A DNA stretch of 64,000 nt from Acidobacteria bacterium RIFCSPLOWO2_12_FULL_66_21 (GTDB lineage: Bacteria > Acidobacteriota > Vicinamibacteria > Vicinamibacterales > 2-12-FULL-66-21). The position numbers and the translations under genes were made by a program. Below are positions 1 to 8,458 of this stretch, piece after piece. The DNA lies in assembly GCA_001767455.1 (NCBI GenBank), contig MELC01000005.1, positions 4,139-68,138 on the forward strand. The letters are read 5' to 3'. Under the pieces are notes generated by a model, which saw nothing but the letters and a program-made list of their open reading frames with translations, searched no databases and had not been told where the DNA came from. The first letter of the stretch is position 1. The number at the start of each line of letters is the position of its first letter.

Positions 1-297
1 CTGGCGGCGACAGGACTGATACTCCCGTGGGTCTTCACCCGCGATGGGGCGCAAATCCGCGATTTCAGGACAGCATGGGCACACGCCATCAAAGCGGCGG
101 GATGCCCTGGCCGGATTCCCCACGACCTACGTCGGACGGCCGTCCGGAATCTCGTCCGGGCGGGAGTGTCGGAGCAAGTGGCTATGCGCCTCACCGGGCA
201 CAAGACGCGCTCAGTCTTTGACCGCTACGACATCGTCAGCGGCAACGACCTGAAAGAGGCAGCGCGAAAACTGGACGTTGCGGCAGGGCTGCGTTAG
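1..297 (+). CDS. Tyrosine recombinase (phage-type integrase), C-terminal fragment; 5' end lies outside the window
   Basis: Frame 1 is open from base 1 to TAG 295-297. It is not in the ORF track because no start lies in the window. The translation ...GRIPHDLRRTAVRNLVRAGVSEQVAMRLTGHKTRSVFDRYDIVSGNDLKEAARKL* carries the HxLRR and GH..(n)..Y catalytic signatures of tyrosine recombinases. Codons are GC3-rich. Confidence 0.85.
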   Translation: MAATGLILPWVFTRDGAQIRDFRTAWAHAIKAAGCPGRIPHDLRRTAVRNLVRAGVSEQVAMRLTGHKTRSVFDRYDIVSGNDLKEAARKLDVAAGLR

Positions 298-369
298 AGC
301 TACCCATTTACTGCCCTTGGGTTCGCCGGCGTCTTCCGCCCGTGGCCATCGTGCCAAATCATTAAGAAA

Positions 370-458
370 TGGTGCCGGAGGTGGGAATCGAACCCACACG
401 GGGAGTGAACCCCACGGGATTTTGAGTCCCGCGCGTCTGCCAGTTTCACCACTCCGGC
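370..458 (-). tRNA. tRNA-Leu (anticodon CAA), class II with long variable arm, CCA encoded
   Basis: Reverse complement = GCCGGAGTGGTGAAACTGGCAGACGCGCGGGACTCAAAATCCCGTGGGGTTCACTCCCCGTGTGGGTTCGATTCCCACCTCCGGCACCA. It has a 7-bp acceptor stem GCCGGAG/CTCCGGC and an anticodon stem CGGGA/TCCCG with loop CTCAAAA. It also has a long variable stem-loop, a GGTTCGATTCC T-arm and a 3' CCA. Confidence 0.92.
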
Positions 459-498
459 CCGGAGAAAGGAATCCTCAGTATACCAACGGGAGAGCGCG

Positions 499-752
499 GA
501 GAAGATCTTCACCCGGAGACACGGAGCACACGGAGGATCATGGCGCTCCAAGCCCGTGGCTCGCGGCCGGTCTGGCCGCGCGAGCGCGGTGAGGTGGCCC
601 GAGATCCATAAACGCAAACACGCGTCGAGCGTAGGCGTGCTTGCGTTTGCGGATCTCAGGCCACCTCCGACGCCGGCCATGCTGCAAGGGCCGGCGCCAG
701 ACCGGCCGCCTCGTGACGTCTCCGTGCGCCTCCTTGACTTCGTGTCTCCGTG
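499..752. repeat. Structured composite repeat, copy A
   Basis: CACGGAG repeats (519-535) come first, then small GC hairpins and a central hairpin with arms 593-617 / 641-665. A second hairpin (CGCCGGCC..GGCCGGCG) follows, then CTCCGTG/CTTCGTG repeats (712-752). The architecture and orientation match copies B and C. Confidence 0.8.
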
Positions 753-984
753 TGATGGTCTCGTCGTCGGTCATCTCCGAAGACGCCTGCTGACCTACGG
801 ACGGTGGAATGAGACCCGCTGCTGAGCGCTGCGACACGAGTGCCGGAAACTCGGCAGCTCGGCCGGCCGGGATCCCGTTTGCGCCCCGTTTCCGCCCGTT
901 TCGGCCGGGCACCGGCTTTGCCTTCCTGCCTGACATCCGTGCCTTGTCTCCTCATATCCTCCGCTCCGTTCAATTGACACGTTT

Positions 985-2781
985 ATGACAACCAACGACC
1001 TCCTGATTGGAATGGCGGGCGCCGGCGGCGACGGCGTGATGTCGGCGGGCGACGCGCTCATCACCGCGGCCGCGCTCGGGGGCTATCACGGGGTGATGGC
1101 GAAGAGCTTCGGCCCCCAGATCCGCGGCGGCGAGTCCTCGTTCAGGCTCCGCGTCGCGATCGCCGAAGTCTTCACTGTCGGCGGTACGCTCGACGTCGCC
1201 ATCGCCCTGAACTGGGACGATTTTCTCCGCTTCGGCGCGGAGCTGCCCGTCGGTGCCGAGACGATCGTCATCTACGACTCGCAGTATCCGGTAGGACCCG
1301 AGGGCGTGCCGCTGCCGGGCGCGCGGCCCGAGTCCACGATCGCCGTGCCGATCGCGCAGATCGCGCGCGACATCACCGGCACCGACAAGGCCAAGAACAA
1401 CGTCGTCCTCGGCCTGATGGCCGGATGGTTCGGGTTCGTGCCCGACGGGCTGCTGGCCGGCATCCGCAAGAAGCTCGGGAAGAAGGGCGCCGACGTTCTC
1501 GAGAAGAACGAACGGGCGTTCGCCGCCGGGCGCGAGTACGCCGCGGCCAATCCGCTGGCGCCGGCCCGCCCCCTGGAGAAGGCGCCGGCGCCGTCCGCGC
1601 CGAAACTGCTCACCGATGGCAACGAAATGTGCGGCGCGGCCGCGATCTTCGCCGGCTGCACGTTCTTCAGCGGCTATCCGATTACGCCCTCCAGCGAGAT
1701 CATGCACTACCTGGGACGCGAAATCTGGAAGTACGGCGGGACCATCCTCCAGGCGGAAGATGAAATCGCGGGCATCGGCGCGGTGGTCGGCGCCTCGTTC
1801 GCCGGCAAGAAGGCGCTGACCGCGACCTCGGGCCCGGGCATGTCGCTGAAGACCGAGATGCTCGGCCTGGCGACGATCGCCGAGCTGCCGCTCGTGTGCG
1901 TGAACGTGCAGCGCGGCGGGCCGTCCACGGGCATCCCCACGAAGAGCGAACAGTCGGACTTGTTCCAGGCCGTCTTTTCAGCGCACGGCGACGTCGTGCG
2001 CCCCGTCCTGGCCGCGACGACGGTTGCCGACATCTTCGCGATGACGGTCGAGGCCTTCAACATCGCGGAGGAGTACCAGACGCCGGTCATCCTCCTGTCG
2101 GACGGCGACCTCGGCCAGCGCAAGGAGATCGTCGATCCGATCGACACGGCATCGTTCCGGATCATCGAACGGCGCCGGGCGAACGCGCGCGAGCTCGAGC
2201 GCTACCAGCGCTTCGCGATCACGGAATCGGGCATCAGCCCGATCGCCGATCCCGGGACGCGGGGCGGAAACTACCTCGCGTCGGGCATCGAGCACAACGA
2301 GCAGGGCGCTCCGACGGCCAGCGGCGCCACGCACGCGCGGATGAACGAGAAGCGCATCCGCAAGCTGAACCCGCTGAAGATGCGCCGCGATCTGTTCGAC
2401 GTGTATGGCGATCCGTCGGCGGCGATCGGCATGGTGGCCTGGGGCAGCGTGGCGGGGATCGCCCGCGAGGCGCTGCGGGACGCGCAGAAGAAAGGCATTC
2501 GCGCGAAACTGCTGGTGCCCCGGCTGCTGTATCCGGTCGCGCAGCAGGTGTTCGAGGACTTCTTCGCTTCGGTGCGCGCCGGCTTTGTCGTCGAGCAGTC
2601 GCATCTCGGGCAGCTGTACCGGTTGATCAGGATGTATGTCGACGTGCCGCGCGGCGTCGAATCGTTCGCCCGCAGCGGATCGAACCCGTTCACGCCGGCG
2701 GAACTGTCCGAGCGGCTGCGCGATCTCGCGGTCGCCGTCCAGCGCGCCGGGCGTCCGGAGCTCGAACCGGCGACGGATTGA
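985..2781 (+). CDS. korA: 2-oxoacid:ferredoxin (acceptor) oxidoreductase, fused gamma/alpha subunit
   Basis: 598-aa ORF. An N-terminal gamma-type domain (GAGGDGVMSAGD, GPQIRGGES) is fused to the alpha/PFOR domain (FFSGYPITPSSEI, TATSGPGMSLKTE). The beta subunit gene follows 50 nt downstream. Confidence 0.9.
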   Translation: MTTNDLLIGMAGAGGDGVMSAGDALITAAALGGYHGVMAKSFGPQIRGGESSFRLRVAIAEVFTVGGTLDVAIALNWDDFLRFGAELPVGAETIVIYDSQYPVGPEGVPLPGARPESTIAVPIAQIARDITGTDKAKNNVVLGLMAGWFGFVPDGLLAGIRKKLGKKGADVLEKNERAFAAGREYAAANPLAPARPLEKAPAPSAPKLLTDGNEMCGAAAIFAGCTFFSGYPITPSSEIMHYLGREIWKYGGTILQAEDEIAGIGAVVGASFAGKKALTATSGPGMSLKTEMLGLATIAELPLVCVNVQRGGPSTGIPTKSEQSDLFQAVFSAHGDVVRPVLAATTVADIFAMTVEAFNIAEEYQTPVILLSDGDLGQRKEIVDPIDTASFRIIERRRANARELERYQRFAITESGISPIADPGTRGGNYLASGIEHNEQGAPTASGATHARMNEKRIRKLNPLKMRRDLFDVYGDPSAAIGMVAWGSVAGIAREALRDAQKKGIRAKLLVPRLLYPVAQQVFEDFFASVRAGFVVEQSHLGQLYRLIRMYVDVPRGVESFARSGSNPFTPAELSERLRDLAVAVQRAGRPELEPATD

Positions 2782-2830
2782 GATTGATGTAGTAGACGAC
2801 AGCGACTGAGATCGACGAACTAACGGAGAT

Positions 2831-3715
2831 GTGATGCCAAACAGCACTCCCGAGATATTTCAAGCGAAGGACTACAAGAGCGAGCTGAAGCCGATCTGGT
2901 GTCCCGGATGCGGCGACTTCGGCGTCGTCCAGGCGATTTACCGCGCGCTCGCCTCGGTCGGGCGCTCGCCGCACGAGATCGCCTTCGTGTCGGGCATCGG
3001 CTGTTCCAGCCGCATCCCTGGCTACACGACGGCGTACGGGTTCAACACGGTGCATGGCCGCGCGCTGCCGATCGCGCAAGGCATCAAGCTCGCGAACCCG
3101 GATCTGCTCGTGCTCGCGGCCGGCGGCGATGGTGACGGATTCTCGATCGGCGGCGGCCACGTCGCGCACGCGATCCGCCGCAACATCGACCTGACCTACA
3201 TCGTGATGGACAACCAGATCTACGGCCTCACGAAAGGCCAGCTGTCGCCCACCTCCCCGCGCGGGCTCGTCAGCGCGTCGTCGGTGTTCGGCAGCCTCGA
3301 GGATCCGGTCAATCCGCTCTCGTACGTCCTCGGATACGGCGCCAGGTTCGTGGCCCAGGGGACGCCCGCCGACATGGCGGGGCTCGCGACGCTCATCGAG
3401 GAAGGCATCCGCTTCCCCGGCTTCGCCTTCATCAACGTGCAGTCTCCCTGCATCACCTACGGCCAGCCCGATGCGCAGCTGAAAGCGCACAAGTCGATGA
3501 TGCAGAGCCTGTCCGCCCTCGGCCACAACAGCGCCGACCGCCTGCGCGCGTTCGAGCTGGCCCAGTCATACGGCGAGACGCTCTACACGGGCGTGTTCTA
3601 CCGCGACGAGCACCCGGGCCCGACCTACGACCAAGCCGTCCGCGAGCGGCAGCAGACGCTGAGCGCGCGCGCGGTCCCTCGCGATCGGATTCTTGACGCC
3701 TTCATTCCCCGCTGA
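2831..3715 (+). CDS. korB: 2-oxoacid:ferredoxin oxidoreductase, beta (TPP-binding) subunit
   Basis: 294-aa ORF with the WCPGCGDFGV motif and the TPP-binding region GGDGDGFSIGGGH...MDNQIYGLTKGQ. A GGAG Shine-Dalgarno lies just upstream. The start is GTG 2831 or ATG 2834. Confidence 0.9.
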   Translation: MMPNSTPEIFQAKDYKSELKPIWCPGCGDFGVVQAIYRALASVGRSPHEIAFVSGIGCSSRIPGYTTAYGFNTVHGRALPIAQGIKLANPDLLVLAAGGDGDGFSIGGGHVAHAIRRNIDLTYIVMDNQIYGLTKGQLSPTSPRGLVSASSVFGSLEDPVNPLSYVLGYGARFVAQGTPADMAGLATLIEEGIRFPGFAFINVQSPCITYGQPDAQLKAHKSMMQSLSALGHNSADRLRAFELAQSYGETLYTGVFYRDEHPGPTYDQAVRERQQTLSARAVPRDRILDAFIPR

Positions 3716-3870
3716 CTCAGTCGATAGTCGATAGTCGATAGTCCAAGTCCAAGTCACAGTCCAAGCCACAGTCCAAGTCGAGTCCAAGTCAAAGTCGACG
3801 ACCTTGACTTGGACTTCGTGACCTTGGCTCCGTGACTTTGACTATCGACTATCGACTATCGACTGATACG
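3716..3870. repeat. Long imperfect hairpin built from tandem TCGATAG heptamers and GTCCAA-type hexamers
   Basis: Outer arms 3719-3743 (agtcgatagtcgatagtcgatagtc) and 3840-3864 (gactatcgactatcgactatcgact) are perfectly complementary over 25 nt. The inner GTCCAAGTCAA / TTGACTTGGAC segments pair again. The hairpin lies between the korB stop and the MFS gene. Confidence 0.9.
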
Positions 3871-3959
3871 ATTATCAGGATTGTTAGTTAGCGGCTCTGA
3901 ATCACCGGAACTTCCGCCTGATCTGGTGGGGGCTCCTGCTTTCCTTCACCGGCAGCACC

Positions 3960-5246
3960 ATGCAGACGGCCGCCGTGCTCTGGCACGTGTCGCTGCTCGT
4001 GGCCGACGACCGCCGGGCGCTCGCGCTCGGTCTCGTCGGCCTGGTTCGCATCGTCCCGATCCTCGTCTTTTCGCTGATCAGCGGCGTCGCGGCCGACGCG
4101 CTGAACCGCCGCCGGCTGATGCTGGTGACGCAGTCCCTGATGGCGCTGCTTGCCGCCATCCTCGCGGCGCTCACCCTCGGCGGCCTGCGCGTGGTGTGGC
4201 CCATCTACGCGCTGGCGGCCTGCAGCTCCGCGGCAGGGGCCTTCGACCTGCCGGCGCGACAATCGCTGCTGCCGACGCTCGTGCCGCGCGAGCACCTCGC
4301 GAACGCCATCAGCCTGAACACGATGGCCTTCCAGACGGCCTCGGTGGCGGGGCCGGCGCTCGGCGGCATCCTGATTGCGACGACGAACGTGGGCTGGGTG
4401 TACGGGGCCAATGCCGTGTCGTTCCTGGCGGTCATCGTCGCGCTGCTGCTGATGTCCGCCTCCGCTGGCCGGGAGTACAGGGCCAGCTACGGCGAGACCT
4501 CGCCGGAGCCGCTCCGCGGCGAAGGCGGGCGGGAGCACGAGGCCTTCCCCGAGGCGGCGCCCGCGGACGCGCACCTCGCGTCCGCGTCGAAGACCTTCAG
4601 CGTCGCCTCGGCCATGCACGGCCTGCGGTTCGTCTTCCGCGCACCGCTCATCCGATCGACGATGCTGCTGGACTTCTTCGCGACGTTCTTTTCATCCGCG
4701 ACGGCCCTGCTGCCGATCTTCGCGCAGGACATCCTCGGCGTCGGTGCGCGCGGGTACGGGTGGCTCTACGGCGCGCCGGCCGCCGGCGCGCTGCTGGCGA
4801 GCGCGGGCATGGTGAGGGCCGTCGATCACATCGAGCGCAGGGGAGAGGTGCTCATCGCGTCCGTGCTGATCTACGGGGCGGCGACCATTGTCTTTGGCGT
4901 GTCTCACCTGTTCTGGCTGACCTTCGCGTGCCTGGCGATGACCGGCGCCGCCGACACGGTCAGCATGGTGTTCAGGAACCTGATCCGGCAGCTCGAAACG
5001 CCGGACTACCTGCGCGGGCGCATGACGGGCGTCAACATGATCTTCTTCATGGGCGGGCCGCAGCTCGGCGAATTCGAAGCCGGCGTGGCGGCGAACTGGA
5101 TCGGGCCGGTGCTGTCGGTGGTGACGGGCGGGGTCGGCTGCATCGCGGCGACGGTATGGCTCGCCTGGGCCACACCGTCGCTGCGTGCCTACTCGAGAAC
5201 GGCCGCGGCCGCGCCGCGGGTGCCGCACAAAATCGAGCCGGGCTAG
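3960..5246 (+). CDS. MFS transporter (MFS_3 / enterobactin-exporter-like family)
   Basis: 428-aa ORF with about 12 hydrophobic segments. The in-frame sequence upstream of ATG 3960 (LAALNHRNFRLIWWGLLLSFTGST, open back to TAG 3885-3887) looks like the conserved N-terminus and TM1 of this family. The real start is therefore probably upstream and non-canonical (see findings). Confidence 0.8.
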   Translation: MQTAAVLWHVSLLVADDRRALALGLVGLVRIVPILVFSLISGVAADALNRRRLMLVTQSLMALLAAILAALTLGGLRVVWPIYALAACSSAAGAFDLPARQSLLPTLVPREHLANAISLNTMAFQTASVAGPALGGILIATTNVGWVYGANAVSFLAVIVALLLMSASAGREYRASYGETSPEPLRGEGGREHEAFPEAAPADAHLASASKTFSVASAMHGLRFVFRAPLIRSTMLLDFFATFFSSATALLPIFAQDILGVGARGYGWLYGAPAAGALLASAGMVRAVDHIERRGEVLIASVLIYGAATIVFGVSHLFWLTFACLAMTGAADTVSMVFRNLIRQLETPDYLRGRMTGVNMIFFMGGPQLGEFEAGVAANWIGPVLSVVTGGVGCIAATVWLAWATPSLRAYSRTAAAAPRVPHKIEPG

Positions 5247-5710
5247 TCCGCCGTCGCGCCGGACGACCTGGGCAGATCGCTGCTCCAGATCGTGTACTCG
5301 ATCCGCCAGGTCCCGGCCATGTTCCGCAGGACGCGGAGGTACTTGCCGCGATCGCGGGTGCCCGCGTCGAAGGTGAGCGAGTAGGACCCGCTCGCGTATG
5401 CGATCGGGCCGTGGCCCGCCACGTCGGTCGCATTCATTTCCATCTTCGCGCCCTTGGCCACCATGTCGTCGTAGAACGACTTCAGCGGCTCTTTCCCGCG
5501 CAGCGTCGGCGCGTTGGGCGGCATGAAGACCGAGCTGTCCGCGTAGAAGGCCAGGACCTTGTCCACCTCCTTCGCGTTCAGCGCGGCGGTCAGATCGACG
5601 TCGGCCTTGCGGATGGCCTCCGCATCGGCCCTGGTGAATTCCTGCTCTGCAGGCCCGGCGCACGCGCACACCGAAAGCGCGAGCACCGCGGCGGTGACAA
5701 CCGTACGCAT
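5243..5710 (-). CDS. SnoaL-like / DUF4440 (NTF2-fold) lipoprotein
   Basis: Start is placed at internal ATG 5710, giving MRTVVTAAVLALSVCAC. This is a lipoprotein-type signal peptide with a Cys lipobox. The mature part (FTRADAEAIRKADVDLTAALNAKEVDKVLAFYADSSVFMPPN...GTWRIEYTIWSSD) resembles DUF4440/SnoaL-like proteins. Confidence 0.7.
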   Translation of the reverse strand: MRTVVTAAVLALSVCACAGPAEQEFTRADAEAIRKADVDLTAALNAKEVDKVLAFYADSSVFMPPNAPTLRGKEPLKSFYDDMVAKGAKMEMNATDVAGHGPIAYASGSYSLTFDAGTRDRGKYLRVLRNMAGTWRIEYTIWSSDLPRSSGATAD

Positions 5711-5790
5711 CAAAACGCTCCAAACTTTGAACCGTCGAGATATGGACAAGAGCATCTTCCGACAACGGCCGAGCGGTGTCAATCGTCAAT

Positions 5791-5799
5791 TGGTATAAT
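5791..5799 (+). promoter_or_regulatory. Extended -10 promoter TGGTATAAT, 10 nt before GTG 5810
   Basis: TGG (5791-93) plus TATAAT (5794-99). There is no Shine-Dalgarno between the box and the start, so the transcript is near-leaderless. Confidence 0.6.
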
Positions 5800-5809
5800 C
5801 CCGACGTTC

Positions 5810-6829
5810 GTGAGCACACTGAACGTCATCGTTCTCTACGATCGCTGGGACGAACCCGAGGAGCCCGGCGCCCCAGCCGACAAGGCGCCGCTGACGCGCA
5901 CGCTCGACAAGAAAGAAGTCGAAGAGGAAGTCGCCGAGGCGCTCGGCAAGCTGGGCCATCAGGCGGTCCTGCACGTACTGGACGGCAGCACCAAGAGCCT
6001 CCACGCGCTCGCGCGCATGGAGTGCGATCTCGTCTACAACCTCGCCGAGTCCTTTGGTGGCAGCGACACGGCCGACTATTGCATCGCCGCCTACCTCGAG
6101 CTGATCGGCAGGCGGATCACCGGGTCAGGCTCTCGCGGGCTGTTGTACAGCCAGGACAAGGCGACCGCGAAGAAGATCCTCGAGTTCCACGGCATCCACA
6201 CGCCCGTGTTCGCACGCTCCTATCGCGGGCGGCTCGATTTTTCGCACGACCTCGAGTTTCCGGTCATCGTCAAGCCGGCCCGTGAGGACGGATCGATCGG
6301 CATCGAGTTCAACAACGTCGTGTCGTCGATTCGCGAGCTGATGGAGCGGATCGACTGGCTCCATGCGAATTTCGACTCGCCCGTCCTCATCGAGGAGTAC
6401 GTGGAAGGGCGGGAGATGTACGTCGCGGTGATCGGCAACGACAACCCGACGGCGCTGCCGGTCATCGAGCTGGATCTCTCGAAGCTCCCCGAAGGGCGCC
6501 CGCGCATCGCGGGGGCGGAAGTGAAATGGGGCAAAGGCACACGCGCCTATCGCGACACGAAATCCGCCGTGGCCGAGGATCTGCCGGAAGAGGTTTCGGC
6601 GCTGCTCCAGCAGACGGCCGTCGCGGTCTTCCAGGCGCTGGAGTTGCGCGACTATGCGCGCATCGACATGCGGCTGCGGCCGGACGGCCGCGTCGCCGTG
6701 ATTGAGGCCAATCCCAATCCGTGGCTGGCTTCGAAGGCGGAATTTGCGATGGCCGCGCGCAAAGCGGGGCGGAATTACACACAGCTCATCGGGGAGATCA
6801 CCGATCTCGCCCTTGCGCGTTACGCCTGA
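5810..6829 (+). CDS. ATP-grasp enzyme, D-alanine--D-alanine ligase family
   Basis: Only the last 340 codons of the 982-aa track ORF (3881..6829) look real. The start is GTG 5810 (VSTLNVIVLYDRW...). ATP-grasp signatures include FPVIVKPAREDGSIGI, IEEYVEGREMYVAV and ARIDMRL...VIEANPNP. A TGGTATAAT box lies 10 nt upstream. Confidence 0.8.
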   Translation: MSTLNVIVLYDRWDEPEEPGAPADKAPLTRTLDKKEVEEEVAEALGKLGHQAVLHVLDGSTKSLHALARMECDLVYNLAESFGGSDTADYCIAAYLELIGRRITGSGSRGLLYSQDKATAKKILEFHGIHTPVFARSYRGRLDFSHDLEFPVIVKPAREDGSIGIEFNNVVSSIRELMERIDWLHANFDSPVLIEEYVEGREMYVAVIGNDNPTALPVIELDLSKLPEGRPRIAGAEVKWGKGTRAYRDTKSAVAEDLPEEVSALLQQTAVAVFQALELRDYARIDMRLRPDGRVAVIEANPNPWLASKAEFAMAARKAGRNYTQLIGEITDLALARYA

Positions 6830-7003
6830 CCTGCGCGCTCGGCCGGCCTCGTCTCCCGGCCTCGGGCATACAGCCGCAAGCCCTTTCGAATTAGACGGTT
6901 AACCTCCGGATCGCCCCGTGGCCGGCCGAAGTGCGCCGCGCGGCCGGCGCCAGAGGGAACCGCGCAAAAACGCGAAAAATCGGCCATTTTTGGCGGTTTG
7001 TCG

Positions 7004-7032
7004 TTGCCAGGCGCGGCTCCTTCGGCTATACT
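7004..7032 (+). promoter_or_regulatory. Sigma-70-type promoter of carD (TTGCCA-17-TATACT) with upstream A-tracts
   Basis: -35 TTGCCA is at 7004-09, the spacer is 17 bp and -10 TATACT is at 7027-32. A-rich, UP-like tracts lie at 6966-6995. The ~55-nt leader carries a GGGGGA Shine-Dalgarno. Confidence 0.65.
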
Positions 7033-7091
7033 TTAGGGACTGCTTACCGCGCGGCACACCTAGCCTACTCACCTTACTTAGTGGGGGACAT

Positions 7092-7670
7092 GTGACATTC
7101 GAGGTTGGTGACAAGGTCATTTACCCAAACCACGGACTCGGCGTCGTTCAAGGGATCGAAACCAAGACCATTCTCGGAACCACCTGCGGCTTTTACCATC
7201 TTCGGATGGTGGCCAACGAAACGACCGTCCTCGTGCCGGTCGATAACGTCGATGGCGTAGGCCTTCGCAGGGCCATCAACGACGCGGAGATAGAACGGCT
7301 GTTTTCGCTGCTCGGCGACGGCAAGATCGACAATCACCAGAACTGGAAAGGGCGTTTCAAGGACAACTCGGACCGGATGCGCACCGGCTCGATCTACGAC
7401 GTCGTGGAAGTCCTGAAGAGCCTGACGTTTCTGGCGCGCTCCAAGAACCTCTCGTTCCGCGAGAAGCGCATGCTCGATCGCGCGAAGTTCCTGGTGGTCT
7501 CGGAGATCACCGAGGTCTCGCATGAAGTGACGGCCGCGATCGAGGAGAAGGTCGAGCGCGCGCTCGAGCGCTGCTTCACGATGAAGAACCGCTCGATTGC
7601 CCGCGCGAAGGCCGCCAAGGCGACCGCGACCACGCGGGTGTCCGCGCGCCGCACGGCCAAAGCGTCGTAA
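7092..7670 (+). CDS. carD: CarD/CdnL-family RNA-polymerase-binding transcription regulator
   Basis: Start is GTG 7092, preceded by a GGGGGA Shine-Dalgarno. The N-terminus FEVGDKVIYPNHGLGVVQGIETKTILGTTCGFYHLRMV...TVLVPV is the CarD_TRCF RID domain. A strong promoter lies at 7004-7032. Confidence 0.9.
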   Translation: MTFEVGDKVIYPNHGLGVVQGIETKTILGTTCGFYHLRMVANETTVLVPVDNVDGVGLRRAINDAEIERLFSLLGDGKIDNHQNWKGRFKDNSDRMRTGSIYDVVEVLKSLTFLARSKNLSFREKRMLDRAKFLVVSEITEVSHEVTAAIEEKVERALERCFTMKNRSIARAKAAKATATTRVSARRTAKAS

Positions 7671-7687
7671 CCGGCCACCATCTCCGT

Positions 7688-8458
7688 ATGGCTTCGACAG
7701 AGGGCCAGGCACCTTCACGCAAGGTGGCGGGCCCTTTTGTCGTGCTGCGGTCGATCGCCACGTATGTCGCGATCGTCCTTTACGTGGCGCTCCTCGGGCC
7801 TCCCTGCCTCCTGATCGCGCTCGTGTTCGGCCGGCCGGGGGTGTTGTACCGCGTCGGCGATGCCGGCATCCGCATGGGCCTGTTCCTGAGCGGCATCACG
7901 CCGTCGGTCACCGGTCGCGAGCACATCCAGCGCGCCCGCCCCGCTGTCTACGCCGTGAATCACGCCAGCAACGTGGAGCCCCCGGTGGTCTTCAGCGCGC
8001 TCCACGAGCTGTTCCCGCGCCTTCGCATTCTGTACAAAGCCGAGCTCCGCAAGCTGCCTGTGCTCGTGCGCGCGTTCGATCTGGTGGGCTTCGTGCCGCT
8101 CGAGCGCGGGAACCGCGATCAGAGCCTGCCCGCGATCGATCGAGCCGTCGAGGGGCTGAAGGACGGCAACTCGTTCCTGATCTTTCCGGAAGGCACGCGC
8201 AGCCGCACCGGCGAGCTGCTGCCGTTCAAGAAGGGGGGCTTCATCATGGCGATCAAGGCCCAGGCCCCCATCATCCCGATTGCGATTCACGGGGCGCGCG
8301 AGGCGATGCGGAAGGGGAGTCCGCTGATCTTTCCTGTCCGCGTCAGGGTGCATATCGGAGAGCCGATCGACACCGCCGGCCTGACGCTCGACGATCGCGA
8401 CCGGCTCACCACGCTCGTCCGCTCCCGCATCGCCGCGCTGCTGGCGGGCATGAAATGA
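7688..8458 (+). CDS. plsC: 1-acyl-sn-glycerol-3-phosphate acyltransferase
   Basis: 256-aa ORF with an N-terminal TM segment. It carries the acyltransferase motifs NHASNVEP (HX4D-type block), FPEGTRS and IIPIAIHG. Confidence 0.85.
   Translation: MASTEGQAPSRKVAGPFVVLRSIATYVAIVLYVALLGPPCLLIALVFGRPGVLYRVGDAGIRMGLFLSGITPSVTGREHIQRARPAVYAVNHASNVEPPVVFSALHELFPRLRILYKAELRKLPVLVRAFDLVGFVPLERGNRDQSLPAIDRAVEGLKDGNSFLIFPEGTRSRTGELLPFKKGGFIMAIKAQAPIIPIAIHGAREAMRKGSPLIFPVRVRVHIGEPIDTAGLTLDDRDRLTTLVRSRIAALLAGMK

Noticed and set aside
795-1707. Reverse-strand ORFs upstream of and overlapping korA (795..1064, 970..1707)
   Set aside because: These are shadow ORFs with Arg/Gly-rich composition that overlap the korA coding region or the repeat element. 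They have no motifs.
3881-6829. 982-aa forward ORF spanning the MFS gene, the DUF4440 gene and the ATP-grasp gene
   Set aside because: Only the last 340 codons (from GTG 5810) have protein-like, family-recognisable sequence. The upstream part is Arg/Ala/Gly/Pro-rich shadow sequence that overlaps two well-supported genes in other frames or strands, which is typical of high-GC DNA.
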